A stretch of DNA of 59,325 nt, counting the filler. It is 7 parts of 7 records of this genome, joined end to end, with 100 filler letters (N's around TTAATTAATTAA, not from the genome) between each part and the next. Parts side by side here need not be neighbours in the genome. Positions count along the whole stretch, not along the records: positions 1 to 14,742 come from SRR31156797_50123; positions 14,843 to 22,485 come from SRR31156797_50179; 5 more parts are not named here. The stretch is one strand, 5' to 3'. The notes below the pieces were generated by a model. It did not search any database, was not told where the DNA came from, and was given only the letters and a program-made list of their open reading frames with translations. How positions within the stretch are numbered: the first letter of the stretch is position 1; every line of letters starts with the position of its first letter. Positions 9,136 to 19,568 of this stretch are shown piece after piece. The position numbers and the translations under genes are program-made.

Positions 9136-10452
9136 TCAGAGATAGCCCCACTCCTTCAGGCGTTTGTAGGCATGGCTGGCATAATTGCCCTGTTGCACCT
9201 CTGACAGATACTTTTTGTAGAATTGAGCGGCCGTGTCGGTCCTGTGCATCCCCTCCTGGCAATATCCCTTGAAAAAGAGGGTGCCGGGATTGCCCGGGAG
9301 CAGGCGGCCGTAGGTGTTGAACCGCTCATAGGCCCGGTTGAACTGTTTGAGTTTGATATGGGCAAATCCAGCCACATGATGGCCCTGGGCCTCCTTGGGA
9401 TAGAGGCTTACGGCAAGATCGGCATAGGTGGCGGCCCGTTTGAACTTATCGCTTGCAAGCAGGCATTTGGCCATCATCACATGGGCCGCGTAATCCTCTT
9501 TGGCGAGCTTTATGGCCTTTGCATAGTGGGTCTCAGCCGTCCCATACTGTTTCTTTGCCATGTAGCGATCGCCCTCCTGGAGGGCCTCGATGGCGCCCCT
9601 GATGGCCCTGAGGGATGCGATCCGGTCCATATACCGCTCCCGGTGGAGCGGATACTTCGCTGAATACCCATAGGGATCATGGCTCTTGGACACGGCGGTG
9701 TCATACCGCTCATCGCTCATGGGATGGGTGGCGAACAACATATCGGCGGCCGAGGCCTTTGATTTGTTCAGATTGTTCAGGATGGACATGAGCCCGACAA
9801 AGCCCTTTGACGAATACCCGGATTCAACCATGTAACGGTTCCCCAGGGCATCGGCCTCCCGCTCGTTATCCCGGCTGTACCGGGCGAGCAAAACGCCCTG
9901 GCCCAGCATGCCCAGCTTCTGGGCAGCCTCCCCGAGGCCCTGGCTCTGGGTGCCGATGGCGGCGGCCACCCCGCTCACAAAGATGGACGACAGGGTGGAC
10001 TTGGAGATCTGTTGGGCCGAGTGCCGGGCATTGACATGGCCCAGCTCATGCCCGAGCAGGGCCGCAAGCTCGGCCTCGTTGGACATTTTTAACAGGATCC
10101 CGCGGGTAACGGCAATACTGCCCCCTGGAAACGCATAGGCATTGATATAGGTCGCATTGACGCACCGGAACGAATAGGGCATATGGGGCCTGTGGGTACG
10201 GCCGGCAAGCTTCCTGCCGACCTCGGACACATAGCTGTTGAGCCCTGAATCCAGCACCGCTCCGTAATCCGCGGAAAACTGGTGGGGAGACTGGGACTTG
10301 TCCATGGAGATCTCCTGTTGTTCGGAGACCATCATGAACTGTTTCTCCCCGGTCACAGGGTTGACGGCGCATCCCGCAAAAACAAGGCCTGCCCCCGCAA
10401 GCAGGGATCCGTGGACAAACTGACGGCGGGTCATTTGGGTATCGGGTTTCAT
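9136..10452 (-). CDS. M48 family metallopeptidase lipoprotein with TPR repeats (BepA/YfgC-like)
   Basis: Tat motif TRRQFV, lipobox FAGC, NAYAFPGG, HELGH, YSRDNEREAD, THP; C-terminal TPRs. Confidence 0.92.
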   Translation of the reverse strand: MKPDTQMTRRQFVHGSLLAGAGLVFAGCAVNPVTGEKQFMMVSEQQEISMDKSQSPHQFSADYGAVLDSGLNSYVSEVGRKLAGRTHRPHMPYSFRCVNATYINAYAFPGGSIAVTRGILLKMSNEAELAALLGHELGHVNARHSAQQISKSTLSSIFVSGVAAAIGTQSQGLGEAAQKLGMLGQGVLLARYSRDNEREADALGNRYMVESGYSSKGFVGLMSILNNLNKSKASAADMLFATHPMSDERYDTAVSKSHDPYGYSAKYPLHRERYMDRIASLRAIRGAIEALQEGDRYMAKKQYGTAETHYAKAIKLAKEDYAAHVMMAKCLLASDKFKRAATYADLAVSLYPKEAQGHHVAGFAHIKLKQFNRAYERFNTYGRLLPGNPGTLFFKGYCQEGMHRTDTAAQFYKKYLSEVQQGNYASHAYKRLKEWGYL

Positions 10453-10514
10453 AAAAATTTCCTTATGGATTCAAATTCTCTTTCACGGCCATATTGTCAC
10501 CGCCCGGCTATTGG

Positions 10515-10793
10515 CTATTTTCGGAAAATAGCGCCAAACAGAAGAAAAGCAACACCTGAGGCCAGAAGCAGTTGATAGAGGGGAAGGTCATAGGCCAGGT
10601 AGTGAAGCCCCTTTTCCATGAACTCAGCGGGCATGGCTTCGACAATACCCGCGACACGGTCGTTTGTAACCGAGGCAAGGGTGATATTCCGCCAGACATT
10701 TTGGGTATCCATGAGTGATTTCAGCCCCTGGTATCCCAGGACACCTCCGCCGCCCGCGCATAAAACAAGTCCTGTCAAAGTAGATGTGTTCAT
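10515..10793 (-). CDS. Hypothetical small membrane protein
   Basis: 92 aa with two hydrophobic segments; tightly spaced with neighbours. Confidence 0.65.
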   Translation of the reverse strand: MNTSTLTGLVLCAGGGGVLGYQGLKSLMDTQNVWRNITLASVTNDRVAGIVEAMPAEFMEKGLHYLAYDLPLYQLLLASGVAFLLFGAIFRK

Positions 10794-10797
10794 AATT

Positions 10798-11133
10798 TCA
10801 CCTGCAATCCATGACTTTGAGTATCGCCCCCCCTTCGTCCATGATCACGATCTGCTTCTTAAGCACGCTCCTTTCATACCGGTTCTTGACCCGGAACCGG
10901 ACCGTCACTTTATAACGACCGTTATCAAGACGCCGCACCGGGGTCCATGACAGATATTGAATCGAACGGGGTTTTGCCTCGCTCTCCAGGTGATACATGA
11001 CCACCTGTTCAACGGAATCGTCCCGGGTATCGTTATGGGGAGCTTTGGCCCGGGACGTTGCCGGGGGAACCATCCATGCACAGACCAGCAGCACTAACAT
11101 CGATTTTACAAGCAAACGAAAAAATGATTTCAT
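10798..11133 (-). CDS. Hypothetical exported protein
   Basis: Signal peptide MKSFFRLLVK...; start moved to the ATG at 11133. Confidence 0.65.
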   Translation of the reverse strand: MKSFFRLLVKSMLVLLVCAWMVPPATSRAKAPHNDTRDDSVEQVVMYHLESEAKPRSIQYLSWTPVRRLDNGRYKVTVRFRVKNRYERSVLKKQIVIMDEGGAILKVMDCR

Positions 11134-11234
11134 ATTTTCTTTATATTCTGCCCACGGCCCCCAAGTCAAACCCTTTCCAGGGCTTTTTGCTTTTCTTTGG
11201 CGCTTCTTTGTGGTAATCCTTGCGCCACCAAATT

Positions 11235-12806
11235 ATGACAAAGAAAAGCTCAACATTCAAACAGGTGGGATTCGCCTCGATCATCATGATGGCATCGGTC
11301 TTTGCAAGCCGGATCATCGGCCTTGCCCGGGAAATGGCCATTGCCTTCTCAGGAGGCGCCGGCGGAGAGGTGGATGCCTACCAGGTCGCCTTTATCATCC
11401 CGGAGATCCTCAACCATATCGTGGCAAGCGGGTTTCTCTCGGTGACCTTCATACCCATATTTTCCGCCTACCTTGCAAAAAACCAGGAGGCCGAGGGGTG
11501 GAAGATCTTCTCCATCGTGTACAACACCTTTGGCGCACTGCTCCTCACGGTAACCCTCCTGGCCCTCTGGCTCGCCCCCGAACTTGTGGCCCTGCTCGCC
11601 CCGGGCTTTGAGGATCCCGCGCTTTTTCAGCAGGCCGTGACCATGACCCGGATCATCATCCCGGCCCAGCTCTTCTTTTTTTCAGGCGGGCTTTTCATGG
11701 CGGTCCAGTTCACAAAGCAGCGCTTTATGATTCCGGCCCTGGCGCCCCTGATCTACAATCTCGGCATCATCATCGGCGGCCTTGCCCTTGGCCCCTGGCT
11801 CGGCATGGAGGGATTTGCCTGGGGAGTCCTTGGCGGGGCCTTTGCCGGCAATTTCCTGCTCCAGTATTACGGGGCCAAAAAGATCGGCATGGACCTCAGG
11901 TTCATCTTTGGAATCACCCATCCCGAGTTCATCCGCTATCTCCTGCTCACCCTGCCCCTGATGGTGGGACTGACCATGACCTTTTCCACGGAGATCCTGC
12001 TCAAATACTTTGGCTCCTACCTGGCCGAGGGGAGCATCGCCGCCCTCAACTACGGGTTGAGGATCATGTTCATCCTTGTGGGGCTGTTCGGCCAGGCCGT
12101 GGGTGTGGCCTCCTATCCCTTCATGGCAAAGCTTGCCGCCCAGGGGAAGACCGATGAACTCAACAACCTGCTCAACACCACCATGAAATTCCTGCTGCTG
12201 GTGATCCCGGTTTCCGTGCTCTTCATGGTGCTGAGGCAGGAGATCGTCCTCATCCTCTTCCAAAGGGGGCGCTTCGACCTGGAGGCCACCCGGATCACCT
12301 CCCAGGTCCTGCCGTTTCTGCTGTGCGGCACCTTTGCCTTTGCCGCCCAGACCGTTGTGGTGAGGGGGTATTACGCCACCCAGAACACCTGGTTTCCTGC
12401 TCTTGTGGGCACCCTGTCCGTGATCCTCACCCTGCCCCTGTTCTACGTTCTCATGACCGTCATGGACGCAAGGGGGGTTGCCCTTGCCCTGTCCCTGGCC
12501 GCAACGGCCCAGACCCTGATCCTGTTCGAGCTGTGGAACCGACGGAGCCAAAACCGTGCCGGCGGATCGGTCTACCGTTTTTTAGTCTCCATGGTGGTTC
12601 TAAGCGCAGGCATCGGTTTTTTACTATGGGAGTTCGCGACTTTCCTGAAAAGCGTCATCGATCCTTCCACCCTGCCGGGCGCGCTTCTGGTCTGCATTGT
12701 CACGGGGCTTCTCTTTGTGGTGATGTTCACCTTGGCCGGCACCCTGTTCAAGATCGAGGAGATCAACCGGTTCAACCAAAAAATTCTTCAAAAATTGCGA
12801 CGATAA
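11235..12806 (+). CDS. murJ: Lipid II flippase MurJ (MviN)
   Basis: SRIIGLARE, DAYQVAFIIPE, FIPIF, LFQRGRF motifs; about 14 TM segments. Confidence 0.93.
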   Translation: MTKKSSTFKQVGFASIIMMASVFASRIIGLAREMAIAFSGGAGGEVDAYQVAFIIPEILNHIVASGFLSVTFIPIFSAYLAKNQEAEGWKIFSIVYNTFGALLLTVTLLALWLAPELVALLAPGFEDPALFQQAVTMTRIIIPAQLFFFSGGLFMAVQFTKQRFMIPALAPLIYNLGIIIGGLALGPWLGMEGFAWGVLGGAFAGNFLLQYYGAKKIGMDLRFIFGITHPEFIRYLLLTLPLMVGLTMTFSTEILLKYFGSYLAEGSIAALNYGLRIMFILVGLFGQAVGVASYPFMAKLAAQGKTDELNNLLNTTMKFLLLVIPVSVLFMVLRQEIVLILFQRGRFDLEATRITSQVLPFLLCGTFAFAAQTVVVRGYYATQNTWFPALVGTLSVILTLPLFYVLMTVMDARGVALALSLAATAQTLILFELWNRRSQNRAGGSVYRFLVSMVVLSAGIGFLLWEFATFLKSVIDPSTLPGALLVCIVTGLLFVVMFTLAGTLFKIEEINRFNQKILQKLRR

Positions 12807-12966
12807 TCCCTGCCGCCCGTTTTTTTTCTTGACACCCGTCCATCGCCGGTAATAGGAATAAGAAAATGAATCGCATTTTTTCCTACTGATGGCGACCTGT
12901 TCCGGAGCACGAAAAAAGGCCTTGATTCGCTAACCTTCAGCCCGGAGAGATCCGCAGGGGAGGCCC

Positions 12967-13917
12967 ATGAAAAAAACCGGCTACGTATACGACCAGAAAT
13001 ACCTTCTCCATGATACAGGCATCTATCACCCGGAGACGCCCGACCGGCTTGTCGCCATCCATGACGGCATCAAAAAAGCAGGCCTCCTGGACCAGCTGAC
13101 CGTGATCCCGGCATCCAGGGCCGACCAGAAACATATCCTTGCCGTCCACGACCATGCCTATGTAAGACGGTTCGAAGAGGTGTGCCTGTCGGGCAACCGG
13201 TTCTTTGACGATCCCGACAACCAGATCTGCGTGGAAAGCTATGAAACCGCCTTTCTGGCCGCGGGCGGCGTCCTTGACGCCACAAGGATGATGATGGAGA
13301 AAAAGATCGACAACGCCTTTTGCGCCGTACGCCCCCCCGGCCACCATGCCGAACGGGACAAGGCCATGGGGTTCTGCTACTTCAACAACATCGCCGTCGC
13401 CGCCCGCTACCTCCAGGCGGAATGGGGCATCCAACGGGTGGGGATCATCGATTTCGATGTCCACCACGGCAACGGCACCGAGCACATTTTTGAAAAAGAC
13501 CCCGACGTCTTTTATTACTCCATCCACCAGCATCCCTCCTTCGCCTATCCCGGCACCGGCAGGGCCTTTGACGAAGGGGTCTACGAGGGAAAGGGATTTA
13601 CAAAAAACTGCCCGGTGCTTCCGGGCCGGGGGGATGACAACTACAAGAGCCTGATCAACAAGGAGCTGCTGCCGGCCTTTGAGCAGTTCAAGCCCGAAGT
13701 GATCCTGGTCTCCACCGGGTTTGATGCCCATTTTGACGATGATATGTCGGACATCATTCTCACCACCGAGGGATTTTCCTGGATCATGGAAACCGTCATG
13801 GCCCTTGCAAACGATCATGCACAGGGAAGAATTGTTTCGATCCTGGAGGGGGGATACTCCCTCAAACGATTGCCCGAGCTTGCCGCCGACCATGTCTCCA
13901 TCCTGCTCAAGGGGTAG
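12967..13917 (+). CDS. Zn-dependent histone deacetylase family (AcuC-like) protein
   Basis: HPETPDRL, RPPGHHA, GFC, DFDVHHGNGT, GFDAH, LEGGY; SD GGAGG. Confidence 0.95.
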   Translation: MKKTGYVYDQKYLLHDTGIYHPETPDRLVAIHDGIKKAGLLDQLTVIPASRADQKHILAVHDHAYVRRFEEVCLSGNRFFDDPDNQICVESYETAFLAAGGVLDATRMMMEKKIDNAFCAVRPPGHHAERDKAMGFCYFNNIAVAARYLQAEWGIQRVGIIDFDVHHGNGTEHIFEKDPDVFYYSIHQHPSFAYPGTGRAFDEGVYEGKGFTKNCPVLPGRGDDNYKSLINKELLPAFEQFKPEVILVSTGFDAHFDDDMSDIILTTEGFSWIMETVMALANDHAQGRIVSILEGGYSLKRLPELAADHVSILLKG

Positions 13918-13971
13918 ACAGCGGCAAGCCCAAAGGTTCCATCAACGCCACCAACGATTTCGGAGGATTTT

Positions 13972-14667
13972 ATGTTTGTCAGCAGCTCCATGGTAAAAAA
14001 GGTCATCACCATTGATAAGGACAGGTCCGTGTTCGACGCCCAGGAGACCATGACCGCCCACAATATCCGTCACCTTCCCATCCTCGATCCGGAAAACCGG
14101 GTCATCGGCATCATCACGGACAGGGATATCAGGAGCGCCATGCCCTACCGGCTGTTGAAGGAGCCCGAAAACCAGGAAGAACGAAATAAACTGCAGGCCC
14201 TCACCGTGGGGGAGATCATGACCACCGATCCCAAGACCATCTCCCCCATGGACACCATCCAGGACGCCCTCCTGAAGATCCAGCGGGATAAGGTGGGCGC
14301 CTTTCCCGTTGTGGATGATCAGAACGTACTCAAGGGCATCCTGTCGGTCCGGGACCTGCTGCGGGCGTTCATCAACGTCATGGGCATAGGGGAGCCCGGC
14401 ACACTGATCGGCATCATCGTGGAGGAAAAGGTCGGTCAGCTCAAAAAAATCGTTGATGTCGTCACCCAGGAGAACATCTCCTTCGGCAGCGTCCTTGTGG
14501 CCCGCTACTGGGACGAGGGCAAGCGGGCCGTGTTCGCCTATCTTCTGACCAACAACGTGGTCCGGGTCAAGGCCAGACTAAGGGACATGGGCTTTTCCCT
14601 GCTGGACCCCATGGAGTGGTACCTGGACCAGCTGCCCGAAGGCCCGGGAAAGACGGATCAGCCCTAA
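13972..14667 (+). CDS. CBS+ACT domain protein (AcuB-like)
   Basis: Tandem CBS (IRHLPI, GIITDRDIR, VGAFPVV, GILSVRDLL) plus C-terminal ACT-like region; SD GGAGG. Confidence 0.88.
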   Translation: MFVSSSMVKKVITIDKDRSVFDAQETMTAHNIRHLPILDPENRVIGIITDRDIRSAMPYRLLKEPENQEERNKLQALTVGEIMTTDPKTISPMDTIQDALLKIQRDKVGAFPVVDDQNVLKGILSVRDLLRAFINVMGIGEPGTLIGIIVEEKVGQLKKIVDVVTQENISFGSVLVARYWDEGKRAVFAYLLTNNVVRVKARLRDMGFSLLDPMEWYLDQLPEGPGKTDQP

Positions 14668-14742
14668 CCTGGCCAAGCCAGAACCAAAAAGCTCTCTTTG
14701 ATTTTCTTGCCCAAATAATACGAAAATCAAAGATAAGAACCT

Positions 14743-14842
14743 NNNNNNNNNNNNNNNNNNNNNNNNNNNNNNNNNNNNNNNNNNNNTTAATTAATTAANN
14801 NNNNNNNNNNNNNNNNNNNNNNNNNNNNNNNNNNNNNNNNNN
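14743..14842. other. Artificial contig spacer
   Basis: 44 N + TTAATTAATTAA (stops in all six frames) + 44 N. Confidence 0.99.
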
Positions 14843-15531
14843 TTGCATCGGTGTATATCCGGGCGAATCATGTGGAGAATGCGGAGGTGGATCATACGCC
14901 GAACGCAGAGAAAGACTGTCGCATGGGTAGTCAACTCGGCCACGGTCCTTCCGATGAGCAAACTCCAGATTCCACAGCCCCAGTATAGCAGCCCACCAGA
15001 CAAACACAGAGTCGTGATACGGGCGAGCAGCCCTCGATAATTGACCAAATCCATCCGCCCCAAACCGGACAATGCTCCTTCAAACATCTGGCCTATGAGA
15101 ACGTATACGCTCAGAATGGCGACGTGGGGTAGCAGCCATAGGGCTGTTTGAGCATTCTCACTGCTTAGCGCGAATAATGCGACGATCTGTCTCCTAAGAA
15201 CGAATAGGGTAGCGAGAACCACAAAGCCGCTTATGCACAACAGAACAAAGGCGGTCGCGACGTATCGTTGGATCGCGAGAAGATCACCTCGTCCGTGTTC
15301 TTCCGCCACCAATTTCGTCACGGCCGAACCGATGCCAAGAGTGCCCAACTGGGTGAACGTCAGTACCGTGGTCAGAACAAGCCAGACGCCATACTGCTCA
15401 TAGCCGAGGAAGTGCAGATAGAGAGGGTACGCTATAGCCAGAACGGCTGTATTCACAATGGATGTCCCCATGCCGGAGACCATGTTGATCCGGAGTTGGG
15501 ACGAGAATAATCGCCTAACTGCCATTTCCAT
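14843..15531 (-). CDS. Wzx-type oligosaccharide flippase, 3'-truncated
   Basis: PLYLHFLGYEQYGVW...LGIGSAVTKLVAE, typical of polysaccharide-export flippases. Confidence 0.85.
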
Positions 15532-16253
15532 TACATACCCGTTAGCTGCAAGCACCTGCGTTGGATGAACGGTTCAAAGGCCAGGGAAAGATGGGTACCC
15601 ATTGATTCACAAGATGCGCAACTCCATGGGGCCTGCGCGGTCGGCCGACGCATCACCCTGAGTTGCCCGACCATTCCGATCGCAGTCGGCGCAGTCAGAG
15701 TTGGGATTGCATGCGCACAAGAATACATACATGCACCAATACGCGCGGCAGGCTTAGACTTGGCACAATGCATCCCGCTGTCTTCTCCTGTCTTTCGAGA
15801 TGAATTGGCAGTGTTGTCTTCGTGTCGGTTTCATTGTGCCTCGTTCAGCGGCGACCGTCCATATGCCGCGTGTGTTTCTTCGGGCTGGCAGGTCAGGATT
15901 CTCCGTCTCTGGGGACCGCCTTGTGAGAACCGGACCCTCGACAGCTGGCTGGACTCCGTCCCCGTCGGTGACAATCCGACATTCTCTACAAAAGCTCTTT
16001 TCGACCTCGTGTTATCCAGTAGACGGCAACGTCTTTGCGGTCTTCACGTCGATGTCGCCCCGAGCGCGCTACTCAGCGAACAGGCCAACCTAGACGTCAA
16101 TCATGCCGCGGGCAGATCCGTGCCTCGCGGCCGCTTGCTCTGCGCCGTATGTCCATACAGCCAACGTGGTTATCATCTGGCCGCAGGGCGCACACCGTCC
16201 GCGCGTCGCGTTCTGGGCAGACCCCTCGCGCCTGGAATTGAGTAGAAAAGTGC

Positions 16254-16282
16254 TTGACACATCATGAATGATGTGTTAGAAG
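16254..16282 (+). promoter_or_regulatory. Sigma70-like promoter with overlapping operator palindrome
   Basis: TTGACA-17-TAGAAG; perfect IR ACACATCAT-ga-ATGATGTGT at 16257-16276. Confidence 0.5.
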
Positions 16283-16875
16283 GTGATCTATCATCCTAAG
16301 GGCGCAGAAAAAGCCCCTTGGGTCTGATCGGGCGGACCAGCCGTTGCTTTCGACGGCTGTTGGCTGGTCCGCCGTCCTTCTATCTATCTGCACGGTTCTC
16401 TCGATTCGCTATGAGCGCGCAGTCTGTCCACAAATCTATGTATTCACCGAATTCTGTTTCCGCCCAGAAGAAAGGCGGTCGAGTTACTGTGTTGCCCTCC
16501 CCTTTTGTCCTCTCGATCTAGCAGTTCAGTGCTGCGATCTGAAGTCGCGACGCACACCATCCACTGGGTGCTGGAGTAAAGTAGCAACTGCTTTCTCGCT
16601 GGTTTTTGTATTGGCTACCCTCATCCTCCTGGTTCATGCGGGGCTTGAGTCGTCTCGATTACTCCAAGCCACCTATCGCAAGATGCTCAACGACAAGTCA
16701 CCAGTGACATTCGATTCTACCTGTGGCGGCGAGTCTGTCAAGTCTTTAAATCGGAATTTGCAAAAAAAACTACCCTTCACGTAATTACGGAGGTAGTATA
16801 CCCAGAACATCGGCCGTACTGCATCTTGGGGTGTGCGCCGGAACGTCCAGGTCAGGAAGCTGCCGGTGTCGCCCG

Positions 16876-17045
16876 AACGCCGATCATGTGCATCGGTCGG
16901 AGGGACAGCTGCAGCAATCGCAGCAACCGGGGGGCCGCCACGCAGATGATTCTCATGAATGTCTTGACCACCCTCGAGCAACGCGGCCTCAATCCGGTCA
17001 ACACGCTGGAGCAAGCCCTGCGCCTCTACATCAAAACAGGCCAAC
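16876..17045 (+). pseudogene. IS66-family transposase C-terminal remnant
   Basis: Translation ...GRRDSCSNRSNRGAATQMILMNVLTTLEQRGLNPV...ALRLYIKTG resembles the IS66 TnpC C-terminus (RK.S.G.RS..GA....ILMS...T...RG.NP). The rest of the gene is absent. Confidence 0.65.
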
Positions 17046-17321
17046 GGTTCATCCTAGCCACAATCGCCACCGCGAAACGCCAGGGTGTTTCCAGGATTGC
17101 CTATGCATTGGTTCTGAAGGAACTTGGTGCGCGGTGTCCAAAGGTGAACCGACCATAGCAGACTCCGCAGGCTGGAGACTTTCTGAAAGATCTCCAATAC
17201 TGCCGGTTGATCAGTGGTGTTCAGGAAGGGCGATGTCTGTGCCCTGTGGCGACAGTTGGACGTTGATCACGCTGCGGGTATGGCCACGAGTCGCAAGGGC
17301 GAATATCGATTCTGAGAAACG

Positions 17322-19271
17322 TCATCGCCCCTTCCTGTGAGGCACTTCCAGCCTGACGGATACGTTGTCAGGAGTTCCGTCGCAGTCGATCGTGTACGTG
17401 CCCGGACCGGCCAGCCGTCTCGCCACGGTCCTGAGCTGGTTATCGATCCGGTACTGATGTACGACTTTCAGATCGTCTTTAGAGGCGTGCCTGGGCAACA
17501 GATGCAGGCAGGCACGGATTGTGTTCAGGCCCGTATTGGCGGTGTACTTGACGTAGACGACGTCGGCGGGCTGTGGGAGAACAACATCTCCATCCCAGTT
17601 GTACCGCCAGTGGTTGACCCAGGTGGGCACTTGTGATCGGTGGATCTCTCGGAAGTTGTCGGGTTTGCCGACAGCGTAAGCGATGTGGTTGTCGGTTTGG
17701 CTTGCCTGCTCACCTTGATGTGTACGGAAGGCCCCACCTGTGGTGAACCATGATATTGTGGTTTGCGGCGGGGCGGCGAGGCGCACGATGACTTCGCCGC
17801 GTATACGAGACGTATGGCGCGACGGGTCGTAGTTGGCAGGCATGTGCAGCAGGTATCTGGCCAGGTCATTTGGGTCGGCCGTGTTGGGATTGATCAGCAT
17901 GGGAATGGTCTGCCGGTCGTAGCGGTCACCGGTGTCGTAGTGAAATGTCGTCTTGCCTCTCTTCAAGGCAGGCAGGCTGATCGGTGCGACCTGAACCCAG
18001 GTCCTGACGTTGAGTGAATTGACTGCGACTGCACCTGCGGGTCCTACTGTCTTGAACTTCAGGAGGTAGCCATAGGTGCCGCTGACGAGCGGGGTCAGAT
18101 CGATCGCGGTCGCGGACCCTGGCTCGACCCTGTCAGAAGTCTTCCACGTCATGCCGTGATCCAAGGACACGCATACATCCAGCGGTAGAGTCCCTCGGAC
18201 GTTCACGACGGAAGCTTCCTCATTGTCGTTTGGGTTGTCGAGATCGTTGATCTTCGGGACGATGATGTAGGGCGTGAAGACTTCAAAGGTGATCTCTGCT
18301 TCGCCATCCCGGATGAGTTCCAATCCTGTGTCACCCGATCGCAGGTTGCTCACATGATAGTAGCCGTCTTCAAAATCGGTGGAAGCGCTCGTCAGTATCG
18401 GCTGGTATTCAAAGAGTCCGTTCCCGTGATTCCATCGCGTGAACTCCCGGTGGTTTGGCTTGGGGCCGCGCGGCTCCTGCTCGATCAGATCGCGGATCCA
18501 TTGTGTCTTGGCGTAGCGGGGCAGATGGTGCCAGCGTCCGCCTTGCGGTGTCCAGAAACGCGTGAACGATTCGCCGGCTCGCAGACAGAGGTCCATGGTG
18601 TGGCCCATCTCGAACCAGCGGTAGTTGTAGTTGACACGGCTGTCCTTGTAGATGTCAAAAACCCTGGACTTGTCGGGATCTTTGGGAAAGAAAGGCTTGA
18701 GGGTGCCGGGCGGGTTGACCCAAAGGCTTCGGTTCTTCTGTGCTTCGGCGAGATCTGCCACGACGCCGTCGGGGCGGACCAGAGTTCCACGGACGTCAAG
18801 GTCAAGATAATGCCAGCCGTTGTCGTACCAGACTTCCGTCGCGCAGTGGTTCCACGCCTCCAGGCCGAAGGAGCGACCTGCTTCGAAACCGACGCCATGG
18901 TATATGCCATCCAGGACGGGACCAAAGATGCCGCAGTAAGCCATGTTGTAGGTGTTGAGAACCTTGAGCGGATCGCGGACCGTCGCATACTCGTCAAATG
19001 GGTCGGGGCCTTCGAGGATTTCATTGAAATGGTAGAGGCCTGTCTCGTAGTCGCAGAGGTACTTCCAGATGGCCAGTGCCAATTCATTGCCTGTCTTGTC
19101 TTTCCATTCGTGGAATTGCCGGAATCGTCCGAGGTCTGTTGTATCGGCGATATGGTTGCTGGTCAGTCTGATGCAATTGACGCGGCTAATGGCCGGATTG
19201 GGCATGAGCAAGCAGATTAGAGCGGCTGTTACGACAAGGACGTATAAGCTGAATATCTGCCGCGTAGTCAT
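17322..19271 (-). CDS. Secreted protein with transglutaminase-like domain
   Basis: SD AGGAG, signal peptide; AYCG ... HCATEVWYDNGWHYLD gives a Cys-His-Asp triad pattern. Confidence 0.7.
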   Translation of the reverse strand: MTTRQIFSLYVLVVTAALICLLMPNPAISRVNCIRLTSNHIADTTDLGRFRQFHEWKDKTGNELALAIWKYLCDYETGLYHFNEILEGPDPFDEYATVRDPLKVLNTYNMAYCGIFGPVLDGIYHGVGFEAGRSFGLEAWNHCATEVWYDNGWHYLDLDVRGTLVRPDGVVADLAEAQKNRSLWVNPPGTLKPFFPKDPDKSRVFDIYKDSRVNYNYRWFEMGHTMDLCLRAGESFTRFWTPQGGRWHHLPRYAKTQWIRDLIEQEPRGPKPNHREFTRWNHGNGLFEYQPILTSASTDFEDGYYHVSNLRSGDTGLELIRDGEAEITFEVFTPYIIVPKINDLDNPNDNEEASVVNVRGTLPLDVCVSLDHGMTWKTSDRVEPGSATAIDLTPLVSGTYGYLLKFKTVGPAGAVAVNSLNVRTWVQVAPISLPALKRGKTTFHYDTGDRYDRQTIPMLINPNTADPNDLARYLLHMPANYDPSRHTSRIRGEVIVRLAAPPQTTISWFTTGGAFRTHQGEQASQTDNHIAYAVGKPDNFREIHRSQVPTWVNHWRYNWDGDVVLPQPADVVYVKYTANTGLNTIRACLHLLPRHASKDDLKVVHQYRIDNQLRTVARRLAGPGTYTIDCDGTPDNVSVRLEVPHRKGR

Positions 19272-19568
19272 ATCTTCGCTCCTTTGAGGATAAGGCCTGA
19301 ATCTTAGATCTTCATTGTACGCAGACCAAGGTTTCGTGGCAACCGCGGCCTGAGAGACGCAAAGACGGTCGGGGCGAGAACTTCCAGGGTTGCTTGCTAC
19401 CGGACATTTCCATAGAATTCACACGTGAGCGCCACTCAGGGAGCTTACACAAGCGGTTGAAACCAAACAAGTGCGGACAGTTGAGTGGGACAGATCGCCA
19501 TGGGCCGTTGGTCACTGTTGGTTAGAGATCGGACCGACGGCGACCGGTTGCATGTCACGGAGTCTACT

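Noticed and set aside
15565-16784. 226-aa and 146-aa ORFs in the gap upstream of the flippase
   Set aside because: No SD, atypical Arg/Cys/Ser-rich composition and no recognisable family; probably non-coding.
19343-19410. GGCAACC...GACGCAAAG, reminiscent of a c-di-GMP-I riboswitch
   Set aside because: No GNRA-capped P2 stem, no tetraloop receptor and no closing P1 could be built.
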